Below, piece after piece: positions 31,419 to 39,543 of a stretch of 64,000 nt of DNA; the stretch's first letter is position 1, and each line of letters starts with the position of its first letter. Location of the stretch: the NCBI GenBank assembly GCA_035946335.1, contig DASYZL010000006.1:175664-239663 (forward strand), read 5' to 3'. A program made the position numbers and the translations under genes. The DNA comes from Patescibacteria group bacterium. Lineage in GTDB: Bacteria; Patescibacteriota; Microgenomatia; Levybacterales; UBA12049. The notes beneath the pieces were generated by a model, which was given only the letters and a program-made list of their open reading frames with translations, was not told the DNA's origin and searched no databases.

Positions 31419-32066
31419 TTATATCGTAGGTTTTCTTATATTATGTTTTTTCATCCATAAGCATAAATTAGCTGGTGTTGTGCGATAACGATTTGAGATA
31501 AACGCTTGTGTCGCTCCGTTGATAAGCAACCCTTCGATTTCTAGTCTGAATTGGTCAAGTTTAGATTTTCCTACTTTGCCTCGTGGTCTTCCTAACACTG
31601 TTCCGTTTAATTTTTTTATTCTCAGTGCCTCAGTCGTCCGTTGTGAAATTAGAGAGCGTTCAATTTCAGAACAAAGGGCAAAAACTGTGCCGATGATTTT
31701 TGACTGCATTGTTCCATCGAGCTTCCAAGCACCCTTGACGCTGAATACGTTAATCTTCTTCCTTGAGCAGATAGAAAGAATTTCAACGATTTCAAGTAAA
31801 CTTCTGCCGAGCCGTGAAATTTCTGCGACAATCAAGTTGTCTCCTTCTTGTAAAACATCAATCAACTCAGATATTTTTCTTTTTTTCCAGCTTACTTTAC
31901 CGCTTATTTTTTCCTCAATAAAGGTCACGTTGCCAAGTTTTAATTCATTAGCAAGGGCTAGGATAGAGGATTTATCTTTCTCTAAATCCTGAGAAGCTTG
32001 ACTAACACGAAGGTAGGAAAGAGTCTGAGAAGTACGATTTTGCTGTTGATTAAGTGAAAACGTCAT
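31419..32066 (-). CDS. Small serine recombinase (resolvase/invertase family) with a C-terminal HTH
   Basis: YLRVSQASQD contains the catalytic Ser. The resolvase fold is followed by a C-terminal HTH. Confidence 0.7.
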   Translation of the reverse strand: MTFSLNQQQNRTSQTLSYLRVSQASQDLEKDKSSILALANELKLGNVTFIEEKISGKVSWKKRKISELIDVLQEGDNLIVAEISRLGRSLLEIVEILSICSRKKINVFSVKGAWKLDGTMQSKIIGTVFALCSEIERSLISQRTTEALRIKKLNGTVLGRPRGKVGKSKLDQFRLEIEGLLINGATQAFISNRYRTTPANLCLWMKKHNIRKPTI

Positions 32067-32189
32067 AAAGTGATTTTTATTATAATGTCTTTTATAGCCA
32101 ATGCAAGCCTTTTTACTTAATGAAACAGAAAAGAAAAATGACCGTTTTTTCTATATGGAGAAGCCATGCTTATTTGTTATACTACACGC

Positions 32190-32729
32190 ATGGCTGACGC
32201 ACGTTCGTATTTGGATACAAGTTTTTTATCGGCACTTATCAGAAGAAACATCCACGACCCATTAGAATTACAAGCGATTATCCGTATTCACTCATTTTGG
32301 GAGCAGGGTTTCATACAGTGTTATGTGAGTGAAGCAGTTAAGAAAGAATTAGAAAAAATACCAGCAAAGTACAAAACACAAAATGACAAATTAGCTGTGT
32401 TATATATGCTTTTGGAAAAAGCGGAGATGTTTCCTACACATCAGATGTTTACCTCTATGTTTGGTGGCGCACCTTTTGGGACAGTTCCTTTTGGTGGAGC
32501 TACGATAGCAAATGACCCGATTTTTCAACAACTATCTGCAATCTTTGATAGAGAAGATGCGGAGCATATTTTTCTTTGTATTAAAAATGGCATCCCATAC
32601 TTTTTGACATACGATGTCCGCACAATATTGAACCGAGCAAGGCAAAACAAAGCCCTTTTGAAAGGATTTGGTATTGAGATTCTTTCCCCGAGAGAATTTG
32701 AAGATACTGTTCTTTCAGGACAAAAATAG
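32190..32729 (+). CDS. PIN-domain protein (putative RNase/toxin)
   Basis: The acidic tetrad is placed as in PIN domains: YLDTSFL, SEAVKKE, DREDAEH and LTYDVRT. Confidence 0.5.
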   Translation: MADARSYLDTSFLSALIRRNIHDPLELQAIIRIHSFWEQGFIQCYVSEAVKKELEKIPAKYKTQNDKLAVLYMLLEKAEMFPTHQMFTSMFGGAPFGTVPFGGATIANDPIFQQLSAIFDREDAEHIFLCIKNGIPYFLTYDVRTILNRARQNKALLKGFGIEILSPREFEDTVLSGQK

Positions 32730-32739
32730 ATTAGTATGT

Positions 32740-33501
32740 ATGAAAAATATACCTCAAGAAAATTATATTATCGGCAAATGTATTTATTGCGGAACTGTTA
32801 ATGACTCGCTCTCCCGTGAACATATTGTCCCATACGGGCTTAATGGAGAATGGATTTTGCAAAAAGCAAGTTGTACTAGATGCTCTGATATTACCTCAAA
32901 ATTTGAACTAAGCGTACTAAAAGGATTATTACCTCAAGCTCGTGCCGCTCTGAAGTATCAAACCAGACATGGACATCCAAAAACTTTCCCTGTCAAGATG
33001 AAGATAGCGGGTCAATGGCAAAAATTTGATATAACTCCTGATGAGTATGGAGCAATTATACTATTTCCGTTATTTAGACAGCCTGCTTATCTGGATAATC
33101 GTTCTCCGTTACAAGGAACTTTGGATATTCTGGGTACTGGGATGCACAGGCTAGGTGGTACTGATATGAGTATTCTACACAAAAAATATAATGCTGAAAG
33201 CATTGATTTCAGATTTGAATTTGACCCAGGTGCTTTTCTTAAGCTGTTGGCAAAGGTGGCATACGGGTATGCAGTACTATACTACGGCTTGGATGTATTC
33301 GATAAAATATACGCACTCCCTATAATAATGGGACAAACTGACGAAGTTGACCGTTGGATTGGAAGTGAAAAATCTTCAATAGGAAATGAGGAGGTTTCTA
33401 TTGTTTTGCATCAGACAGGGAAAGACCTTATCGCAAAAATACGACTTTTTGGGAAACGAGAAGTCCCAACCTATATTGTTGTAGTGGGTTCAATAAAGTA
33501 A
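32740..33501 (+). CDS. HNH endonuclease family protein
   Basis: CIYCG...SREHIVPYGLNGEW...CTRC forms a CxxC...H...N...CxxC beta-beta-alpha-Me motif. It lies immediately downstream of the PIN gene. Confidence 0.65.
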   Translation: MKNIPQENYIIGKCIYCGTVNDSLSREHIVPYGLNGEWILQKASCTRCSDITSKFELSVLKGLLPQARAALKYQTRHGHPKTFPVKMKIAGQWQKFDITPDEYGAIILFPLFRQPAYLDNRSPLQGTLDILGTGMHRLGGTDMSILHKKYNAESIDFRFEFDPGAFLKLLAKVAYGYAVLYYGLDVFDKIYALPIIMGQTDEVDRWIGSEKSSIGNEEVSIVLHQTGKDLIAKIRLFGKREVPTYIVVVGSIK

Positions 33502-33605
33502 GTATTTAGGCATTTTACTTTGGTGGAATGTGGTGTAGTTGAAGGCAGTTAGGGATAGTTCCTGAAGCTAAAAATAATGTCCATAGTTGTTCGGTTGCAC
33601 CAAAA

Positions 33606-33626
33606 TGGTGTAATTTGGATTACACC
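33606..33626. terminator. Bidirectional hairpin terminator between the convergent HNH and XRE genes
   Basis: Perfect 8-bp stem GGTGTAAT-ttgg-ATTACACC. Confidence 0.4.
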
Positions 33627-33642
33627 AGAATAATATTGATTA

Positions 33643-33870
33643 TCACTCAAGCAACTCAGACATTTTTACTCCTAAATATCGTGCAATTTTATCAAGCGTA
33701 GCTATTGATGGGTTTCGGACGCCTTGTTCGATAAAGCCAAGGTAAACAGGTGTTATCCCGATTTTCTCCGCCATTATTACTTGGGAAACATCCTTATCTT
33801 GTCTTAGCTGCTGTATTTTCTTTCCAACACTTTTTGGGATACGAGAATAATATTTTTTCCCTTTTGTCAT
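33643..33870 (-). CDS. XRE-family HTH transcriptional regulator
   Basis: QQLRQDKDVSQVIMAEKIGITPVYLGFIEQG HTH. Confidence 0.75.
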   Translation of the reverse strand: MTKGKKYYSRIPKSVGKKIQQLRQDKDVSQVIMAEKIGITPVYLGFIEQGVRNPSIATLDKIARYLGVKMSELLE

Positions 33871-33905
33871 GCTCGTATTATCGAACTTAAGCGTGACGAT
33901 GTATC

Positions 33906-33967
33906 CAAACTATTTGTTTGAGTTTGTGGTATAATTAGGCATAAGAATTACTCAAACTGTATGTTTG
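33906..33967. promoter_or_regulatory. Divergent promoter region with two CAAAC-N5-GTTTG operator palindromes flanking a TATAAT -10 box
   Basis: CAAACtatttGTTTG at 33906..33920 and CAAACtgtatGTTTG at 33953..33967. TATAAT lies at about 33930..33935. Confidence 0.5.
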
Positions 33968-33983
33968 AGTAATGGAATAACTT

Positions 33984-34283
33984 ATGAATCACACATTCAC
34001 AACAAAAACGTGGGGAGGAAATAAGCCTGTTTCTGATGTGATACTCATTATTGTTTTTATTTTAAGCGTAATACTTATGATAAGTATTATTGGAGCGCCA
34101 ATAGGAGTAATTCTGCTCTTTTTTCCCTTATCGGAGTATATGGTAAATATGAGAACGATTTGTCCTTCTTGTAAGAAAAGGGTTTCTGTCTTTAGAAGCG
34201 CTAAAGCGTTTTCTTGTTATAACTGTCAAAGAGTAATGGTCAAGAAAAATAATCAGTGGGTGATAATGCCTGAAGACAAATGA
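33984..34283 (+). CDS. Small membrane protein with a zinc-ribbon (CxxC...CxxC)
   Basis: TM segment followed by CPSCKK...CYNCQ. Confidence 0.45.
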   Translation: MNHTFTTKTWGGNKPVSDVILIIVFILSVILMISIIGAPIGVILLFFPLSEYMVNMRTICPSCKKRVSVFRSAKAFSCYNCQRVMVKKNNQWVIMPEDK

Positions 34284-34311
34284 GAGGGAATTACCAGTAT
34301 TTACGAATAGT

Positions 34312-35484
34312 CTAATTCAAGAAATTATTTCCTTTTCCTAAATTACATTTTTCGCAAAGCGTCTGCAAGTTTTCAAATATTGTTCTTCCGCCTTTTGAAA
34401 ATGGTACTTTATGGTCAATGTGTAGTCGGCATTGAGAATCTGTTGCTGGACTTGCTCCGCATTTCACACACTTGAAGTTATCTCTACTTAAAATTTTGTA
34501 CCGTAAACCGAGACCTACTTCTCTTTTTTCAACAATTAAAGTATTTGCTGTTTGTTTTATTATTTCTACAGTTTTTGTTGTTTTGGATTTAATGTCAGTG
34601 GGTTTTTCATGTTCTATAATTTCTTCAAATTCTTTTTCTTCTTGGTTCATTCTCACCACAAATGCCTCAAGTGCTTTACGCCAACTACCAAAATGTCCTT
34701 TATAAGTATTTGCTTTAATCTTTGATGGCTGAATGTCCATCTCTCCATACTTTGGTTGTCTTCCATAGCGTGTCCAAACAGTTAATAAATTCTCAAAATA
34801 TTCTTCGTCGGAATATGCCCGATTATATTTTTCAGAGATTTTTAATCCTGCTTTTTCCATAGCAGTAGCCCATGTACCAAATCGACGAGTTGCAACTCCC
34901 ACACTCATAACATTAGAGTAATGTCTTACATCTTCGTGGCTTACTGATTCCGTATTGAGCAACTTGGCAATTCTTTTTAGCTCATCAAGTACGTCTTGAT
35001 TTGTTAATGATTTTGCTTTTGGCTTACGCATGTTCTCTGTAATGATTGTTCCAGAATATTTATGACCAACACCTGCTTTTTCTAACGCTTGCTGCCATCC
35101 ACCAAAACGACTAATAAAAGTACCTGAGCTAATTTCACTATGTTGGTCAAAGTCCTTTCTTCTTATGACTTTCACATCAAGTGCTTCTGCAACTCTTTTT
35201 AATTCCTTGAGTACTTCTTGGTCTGTTAGCTGTTGCGCCTTTTGCAAGCGCATTTTATCTGTAATTTCTGTACCAATGTATTTATGTCCCAATCCAGCAG
35301 TAGTGAGTGCATTTTCCCAACTGCCAAATCTAAGTTTTACTCCGTCAGAACTCATTTTTGCGTGCTTGTTGTAATCAGTTTGAGTTAGCTTTTCCTTACC
35401 GACTAATACATCAACACGTTTTATTTCTGCAATAACATCTTCATCAGGGCAATTCCTCGGTAAATTGCTTAATTCAAATTTCAT
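34312..35484 (-). CDS. HNH endonuclease with four N-terminal homing-endonuclease-associated (HNH) repeats
   Basis: There are four repeats of about 60 aa (FGSWENALTTAGLGHKY / FGGWQQALEKAGVGHKY / FGTWATAMEKAGL / FGSWRKALEAF). The C-terminal core is CVKCG...HIDHKVPFSKGG...CEKCN. Confidence 0.75.
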   Translation of the reverse strand: MKFELSNLPRNCPDEDVIAEIKRVDVLVGKEKLTQTDYNKHAKMSSDGVKLRFGSWENALTTAGLGHKYIGTEITDKMRLQKAQQLTDQEVLKELKRVAEALDVKVIRRKDFDQHSEISSGTFISRFGGWQQALEKAGVGHKYSGTIITENMRKPKAKSLTNQDVLDELKRIAKLLNTESVSHEDVRHYSNVMSVGVATRRFGTWATAMEKAGLKISEKYNRAYSDEEYFENLLTVWTRYGRQPKYGEMDIQPSKIKANTYKGHFGSWRKALEAFVVRMNQEEKEFEEIIEHEKPTDIKSKTTKTVEIIKQTANTLIVEKREVGLGLRYKILSRDNFKCVKCGASPATDSQCRLHIDHKVPFSKGGRTIFENLQTLCEKCNLGKGNNFLN

Positions 35485-35561
35485 AGCTATTTTTCACTTC
35501 CTACTATTATATCATTAGCTTTTCAAGGCTAGAAAAGGATAAATAGTAATGTCGGAAGTGT

Positions 35562-36359
35562 TTATTTTCTAAGAAGGTTAATCGAGGGTTTTCCTAACAT
35601 TGGAGTTAATTCACTAAAAGAACTGTCTAATGTTGTTACTGTAAGATGCTTCGGACAATCAGTAGCAATAACAACGTCTCCGATAGCTTTATTTATTGGA
35701 TATTTATTTGCGTTTTTCACATCTTTTTCAATTTCTACTAATTTTGCATATATCTTATTTATCACTTTTGATTTATCAAAGACGTCTTTATTTGAGAGTA
35801 ATTTTTTTAATTCTTCTATGTGTGCCTTCCAAAAAACATCTAATGGTATTGATTTTCGGCTATTGTAAGCATCAACAAACGGCTCGTAATCATCTTTACT
35901 TCTTAATTTGAATCTGACTATCTCATCTCCTGCAAAATCTCCCACCATGCTTAGTAAATCAGTATCAAAGTTATTAACTAAATTAAAAATTACTGCCTCT
36001 ATTTGCCTTAAATATTTTGCGGTATCTTGGGTAGGGATGGATTTGTTCACACTTGCCATTATTGCCTGTAAAATATGAATATTCTTTAATTCTCTTTTCC
36101 CGTACTTTTTAGACCACCAAGCCAAAGCAAGAGAAGGACTATCAAGAAGTTTCACACGATAATAAAATTCTACCATGTTTCTTATAAAGCCTGTCTTAAA
36201 TTCATAGAGGACAAAATGAGAGGAATATAAGACGCTATTTTGCGGTAACAATCTCAGGATACTCCCATCCTTATCAGGCACAAATTTGCTTATTTGAATG
36301 GATGTTTCTAGGAGTAATCGTGTGCTTTTATCAGTTTTCTTCTTTTTGTTTTTTGCCAT
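35562..36359 (-). CDS. Hypothetical protein (265 aa), third gene of a three-gene operon
   Basis: Overlaps the upstream gene by 29 nt. No recognisable motif. Confidence 0.45.
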   Translation of the reverse strand: MAKNKKKKTDKSTRLLLETSIQISKFVPDKDGSILRLLPQNSVLYSSHFVLYEFKTGFIRNMVEFYYRVKLLDSPSLALAWWSKKYGKRELKNIHILQAIMASVNKSIPTQDTAKYLRQIEAVIFNLVNNFDTDLLSMVGDFAGDEIVRFKLRSKDDYEPFVDAYNSRKSIPLDVFWKAHIEELKKLLSNKDVFDKSKVINKIYAKLVEIEKDVKNANKYPINKAIGDVVIATDCPKHLTVTTLDSSFSELTPMLGKPSINLLRK

Positions 36360-36912
36360 GATTATTAGTGCCTTTCAACAAATACATTTTCTTCCTATAC
36401 AGTTGCTTTGAGAACATTGATAGACCATCCCAATTTACTTCACCCTCATTAAACCTCTTTAACTCTGTTTGGAAATATTTAATGTCTTTTTTATCCATTG
36501 TTTCCCAGTTATTATTCTCAAATAGTAATTCGAGCATGGATAATAAAATCCTTGTCTCTGATTTTTGGGTTAAATAATCAGCGTTTTCTTGTAGTAAGTC
36601 TTTGATATTACTGATATGTGCCAATGCGTCTTCTGTCTCCAAATTTTCCCAGGCAGAAAGTTCGTCATTTATCTTTTTTATTAAGGCATAGGTATTGTAG
36701 GAGATGTAATTACTAGAGTAATTTGTTCTGTAATATATGTTATTGTCTCCGTTTTCGCCAATCGAATGTATCGCAGGGTTTTGTGAAGAAATTTTTGTCA
36801 TTTCGTCAACATCCTTCTCAGGTGCTTTAGGCAAATATTGAGAATTGTCCTTAAAGTATTCCTCTAAGTTTACTGCTGTTTGTTGAAAAGTATATGAAGA
36901 TGCTATGCTCAT
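36331..36912 (-). CDS. Hypothetical protein (193 aa), second gene of a three-gene operon
   Basis: Overlaps the upstream gene by 4 nt (ATGA coupling). Confidence 0.45.
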   Translation of the reverse strand: MSIASSYTFQQTAVNLEEYFKDNSQYLPKAPEKDVDEMTKISSQNPAIHSIGENGDNNIYYRTNYSSNYISYNTYALIKKINDELSAWENLETEDALAHISNIKDLLQENADYLTQKSETRILLSMLELLFENNNWETMDKKDIKYFQTELKRFNEGEVNWDGLSMFSKQLYRKKMYLLKGTNNHGKKQKEEN

Positions 36913-37616
36913 AATGTTTGAATATAACCAAGATAATCTTTTGTTACTCGTAAATTTTCTTTAATTGCTTTGTCTAATTTTTCTAATGTGTTTTCGGCAG
37001 TGAGTCCACCCTCAATAAATATTGACACATCAATAAACAGATTACTGTCTTTAATATCTGTTTTATTATCTGGATAACTGCTATTAAAAGCCTTGATACC
37101 TTGGTCTTTCTTTACTGGCCCTATTTGCACATGATTAAGAAAACCATTTTTTGAGCCATCCAATACAAAAACAGAATCTCTTGGTGTATCTGCTGATATA
37201 TTTTTTACATCTTCATTTTGTGCGTAGAATTTTTTATATATTAATTCTACAAGTTCATTAAATTCAAAACTTGCTTCAAGAACTTGAGTGTGTCTCACTT
37301 CAAGTCTTCGGATTTGATTAACGCCAAGTTCTTTTGTGCTTTTGGTAAATATCTTGCTAATATAGTCATATAGTTCTTTAGTATCGTTCTTTCCTTCGTT
37401 CAAATAGGTAATAGTATCGAAAGTAATTTGTAAGATTTTCTTTTCGGAGGGAGAGTATAATGCAATATCTTCGTGTTTTTGTGCCGCCCATTCTTCAAAC
37501 TTATCTTCAACACCTGCGGCAAGAGAAGCGGTGCTATCAAATGTTTTAATTGTAGGACGGAATTTCACTTGTCCTACGATTCGATGTAGTTTTTCCGTTA
37601 AAAAGGTTTTAGCCAT
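36909..37616 (-). CDS. Hypothetical protein (235 aa), first gene of a three-gene operon
   Basis: Preceded by a perfect TATAAT -10 box. Confidence 0.45.
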   Translation of the reverse strand: MAKTFLTEKLHRIVGQVKFRPTIKTFDSTASLAAGVEDKFEEWAAQKHEDIALYSPSEKKILQITFDTITYLNEGKNDTKELYDYISKIFTKSTKELGVNQIRRLEVRHTQVLEASFEFNELVELIYKKFYAQNEDVKNISADTPRDSVFVLDGSKNGFLNHVQIGPVKKDQGIKAFNSSYPDNKTDIKDSNLFIDVSIFIEGGLTAENTLEKLDKAIKENLRVTKDYLGYIQTL

Positions 37617-37699
37617 ATCTATCTCAATCTAGGTCGCTATTATACCCCAATCAGCTTCAAAAGTAAAAAATACAATGATGCTCTACATATAATCTATCA

Positions 37700-38175
37700 T
37701 AATTTGTAAAAAACAAGATAGTAAGGTTTAATTATTTTTCTCCGACCTGCCGTACAGCTCCTAGCGCTTTATTTAGCGTTCGTTTCTGCTGAACTGATAT
37801 AAAGAGATAGTTCTTGATTTTTCTACTGTCCTGAGCTAAATGGCTGTTTTTATCTCAAAAGTATAACCGTTAGACTTTCTTCGCAAGAAGGTTATAGAAA
37901 ATCCTCATATAATTTCCAATGTAGCAATATTAACTTACCAGCCTCAAATTTACGGTTGATAGGTATGTCCACCTCTGCACCATAGTCCCTAACCTACACT
38001 CCTAGCCTCCTCTCTACGATACATATAAGAGATATTTTTTGGCAGATGCTTGGCTATCTTCCCTGTATGTATCGTAATATAGGCATGAAGCAGTGAATTA
38101 GAGGCTAGGGAGGTCATACATACCAGCCGTTCTTTTGTGCCTGAAATTTTATTTTAGTTACATTGTCAAAGAACA
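37700..38175. other. ORF-free structured region of about 480 bp (candidate ncRNA or replication origin)
   Basis: Nested long-range inverted repeats CCTAGCCTCC...GGAGGCTAGG and CGATACATA...TATGTATCG, plus a GNRA-capped hairpin TATAACC...CTTCgcaaGAAG...GGTTATA. Confidence 0.4.
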
Positions 38176-39543
38176 TTATTCATTATCCTGTGCTTCAAGG
38201 CAAGTCGGGATACCAAGTTCATCAATCGTTTGCTGTGCGGTTGAAATAATCATGTTCTTCCAGTACTGCTTTGACTCTTTTTGTGCAAACTGTACAGAGA
38301 AGCCGTCATGTTGCCATAGAACTATTTTGAAGGTACGCTTGCTTTTGTTCTGAATGGCGAGGTCAATCACGTCTGCCAGCAGTAGCATTTCCATAGACTG
38401 GGCGAGTTGGGCTAAAATGCTTCTGTGCGAGAAATCCTTGAGAGACAAGAATCTTCCGTAGCAATCAGTTGCACCGCCATTACCAGACATTTTGCTGAAT
38501 TGTTCAGTACGAGCCTTCCACATGAAATTGATAATCGGGTGGGAAATAAAGCGGTTAAAAGAATTATCACCAATCGGGGAGAGGATTTCTTTAATCTTTT
38601 TTTGTCCTGCTCCGTACATCATAGCATACAGACTTCTTTTGAATATTTCTTTTGTTTTGTCGTTTAGTTCAATCCCAAAAGTTGTAAATAAATCTTTCCA
38701 AATAGAATTGCCTTCTTTGAGATAGTGTTCTACCTCTGGAATAGTCCACAATTTAGAAGCGATTGCCAACTGGCATGATTTCAAATCAAATTCTGTCCAG
38801 CCTTTAGTTAGGGCGTGGCGTATATCCCTCTGCAAATAACAAATATTTTCGCTGAATGGATATATCCTTACTGATTTTTTTACAGGAGCGTAAAGAGGCT
38901 TGTATTCGTCTTGAATGGCTCTAAGCAAATCGAGTTGATTGTCGGCATCCTCTTGTTGGAGTGCGACTGCTTTTGCCTTTGGCATATTGACCATCATTTC
39001 TTGAAAAGTGCGGACTGGGAGGTTGTTCATATACGCAATAATCTCTTTTGCGCTCTGAACACCCGCATTACTCATTTGCTTCATCGCTTCCTTGTAATTC
39101 AAGTCTCGGAGCTGTTGCTGTTTATACTGAGTAAATGGTTCTCCATCTCTCAAATATACTCTGCCTGTATTTTCCCATAGGCCCTGTCGTTCATTGGCTA
39201 TTGCCTCAAGAACTTCTGCATCCCAACGGCATGTTTTAACGACCCTGCATCTGCCTTCGATATAAGAATAATCCGACCACTCGAAATGATGTACGTTACG
39301 GGAAAACTCAATAAGAAAATCAATCGAGCGATAGTTTTTGTTCTCAATCATGTAATATTTTCCTTCGCATTGTGCGATTAACTCCCAAGGAATTTTTACA
39401 TACCCTGTTTCCCACTCACGAAAACCGAATATAAGATGTCCGATAAAATTCCAGTACGCAGGGTTATTCCCCAGCGTAGGAAAATTTCGTTTGAGTATGT
39501 CCCGAAACATAGGCGAGACCGTCCTATTGGTTATTATCATCAT
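38176..39543 (-). CDS. Family A (T7-like) DNA polymerase-like protein, polymerase domain only; motif A E to Q, motif C HDE to HDG
   Basis: Motif A EFDLKSCQLAIASKL (T7: DASGLELRCLAHF). Motif B KRSLYAMMYGAGQKKI (T7: KTFIYGFLYGAGDEKI). Motif C VLWQHDGFSV (T7: AWVHDEIQV). No exonuclease domain. Start taken at MMIITN. Confidence 0.5.
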   Translation of the reverse strand: MMIITNRTVSPMFRDILKRNFPTLGNNPAYWNFIGHLIFGFREWETGYVKIPWELIAQCEGKYYMIENKNYRSIDFLIEFSRNVHHFEWSDYSYIEGRCRVVKTCRWDAEVLEAIANERQGLWENTGRVYLRDGEPFTQYKQQQLRDLNYKEAMKQMSNAGVQSAKEIIAYMNNLPVRTFQEMMVNMPKAKAVALQQEDADNQLDLLRAIQDEYKPLYAPVKKSVRIYPFSENICYLQRDIRHALTKGWTEFDLKSCQLAIASKLWTIPEVEHYLKEGNSIWKDLFTTFGIELNDKTKEIFKRSLYAMMYGAGQKKIKEILSPIGDNSFNRFISHPIINFMWKARTEQFSKMSGNGGATDCYGRFLSLKDFSHRSILAQLAQSMEMLLLADVIDLAIQNKSKRTFKIVLWQHDGFSVQFAQKESKQYWKNMIISTAQQTIDELGIPTCLEAQDNE

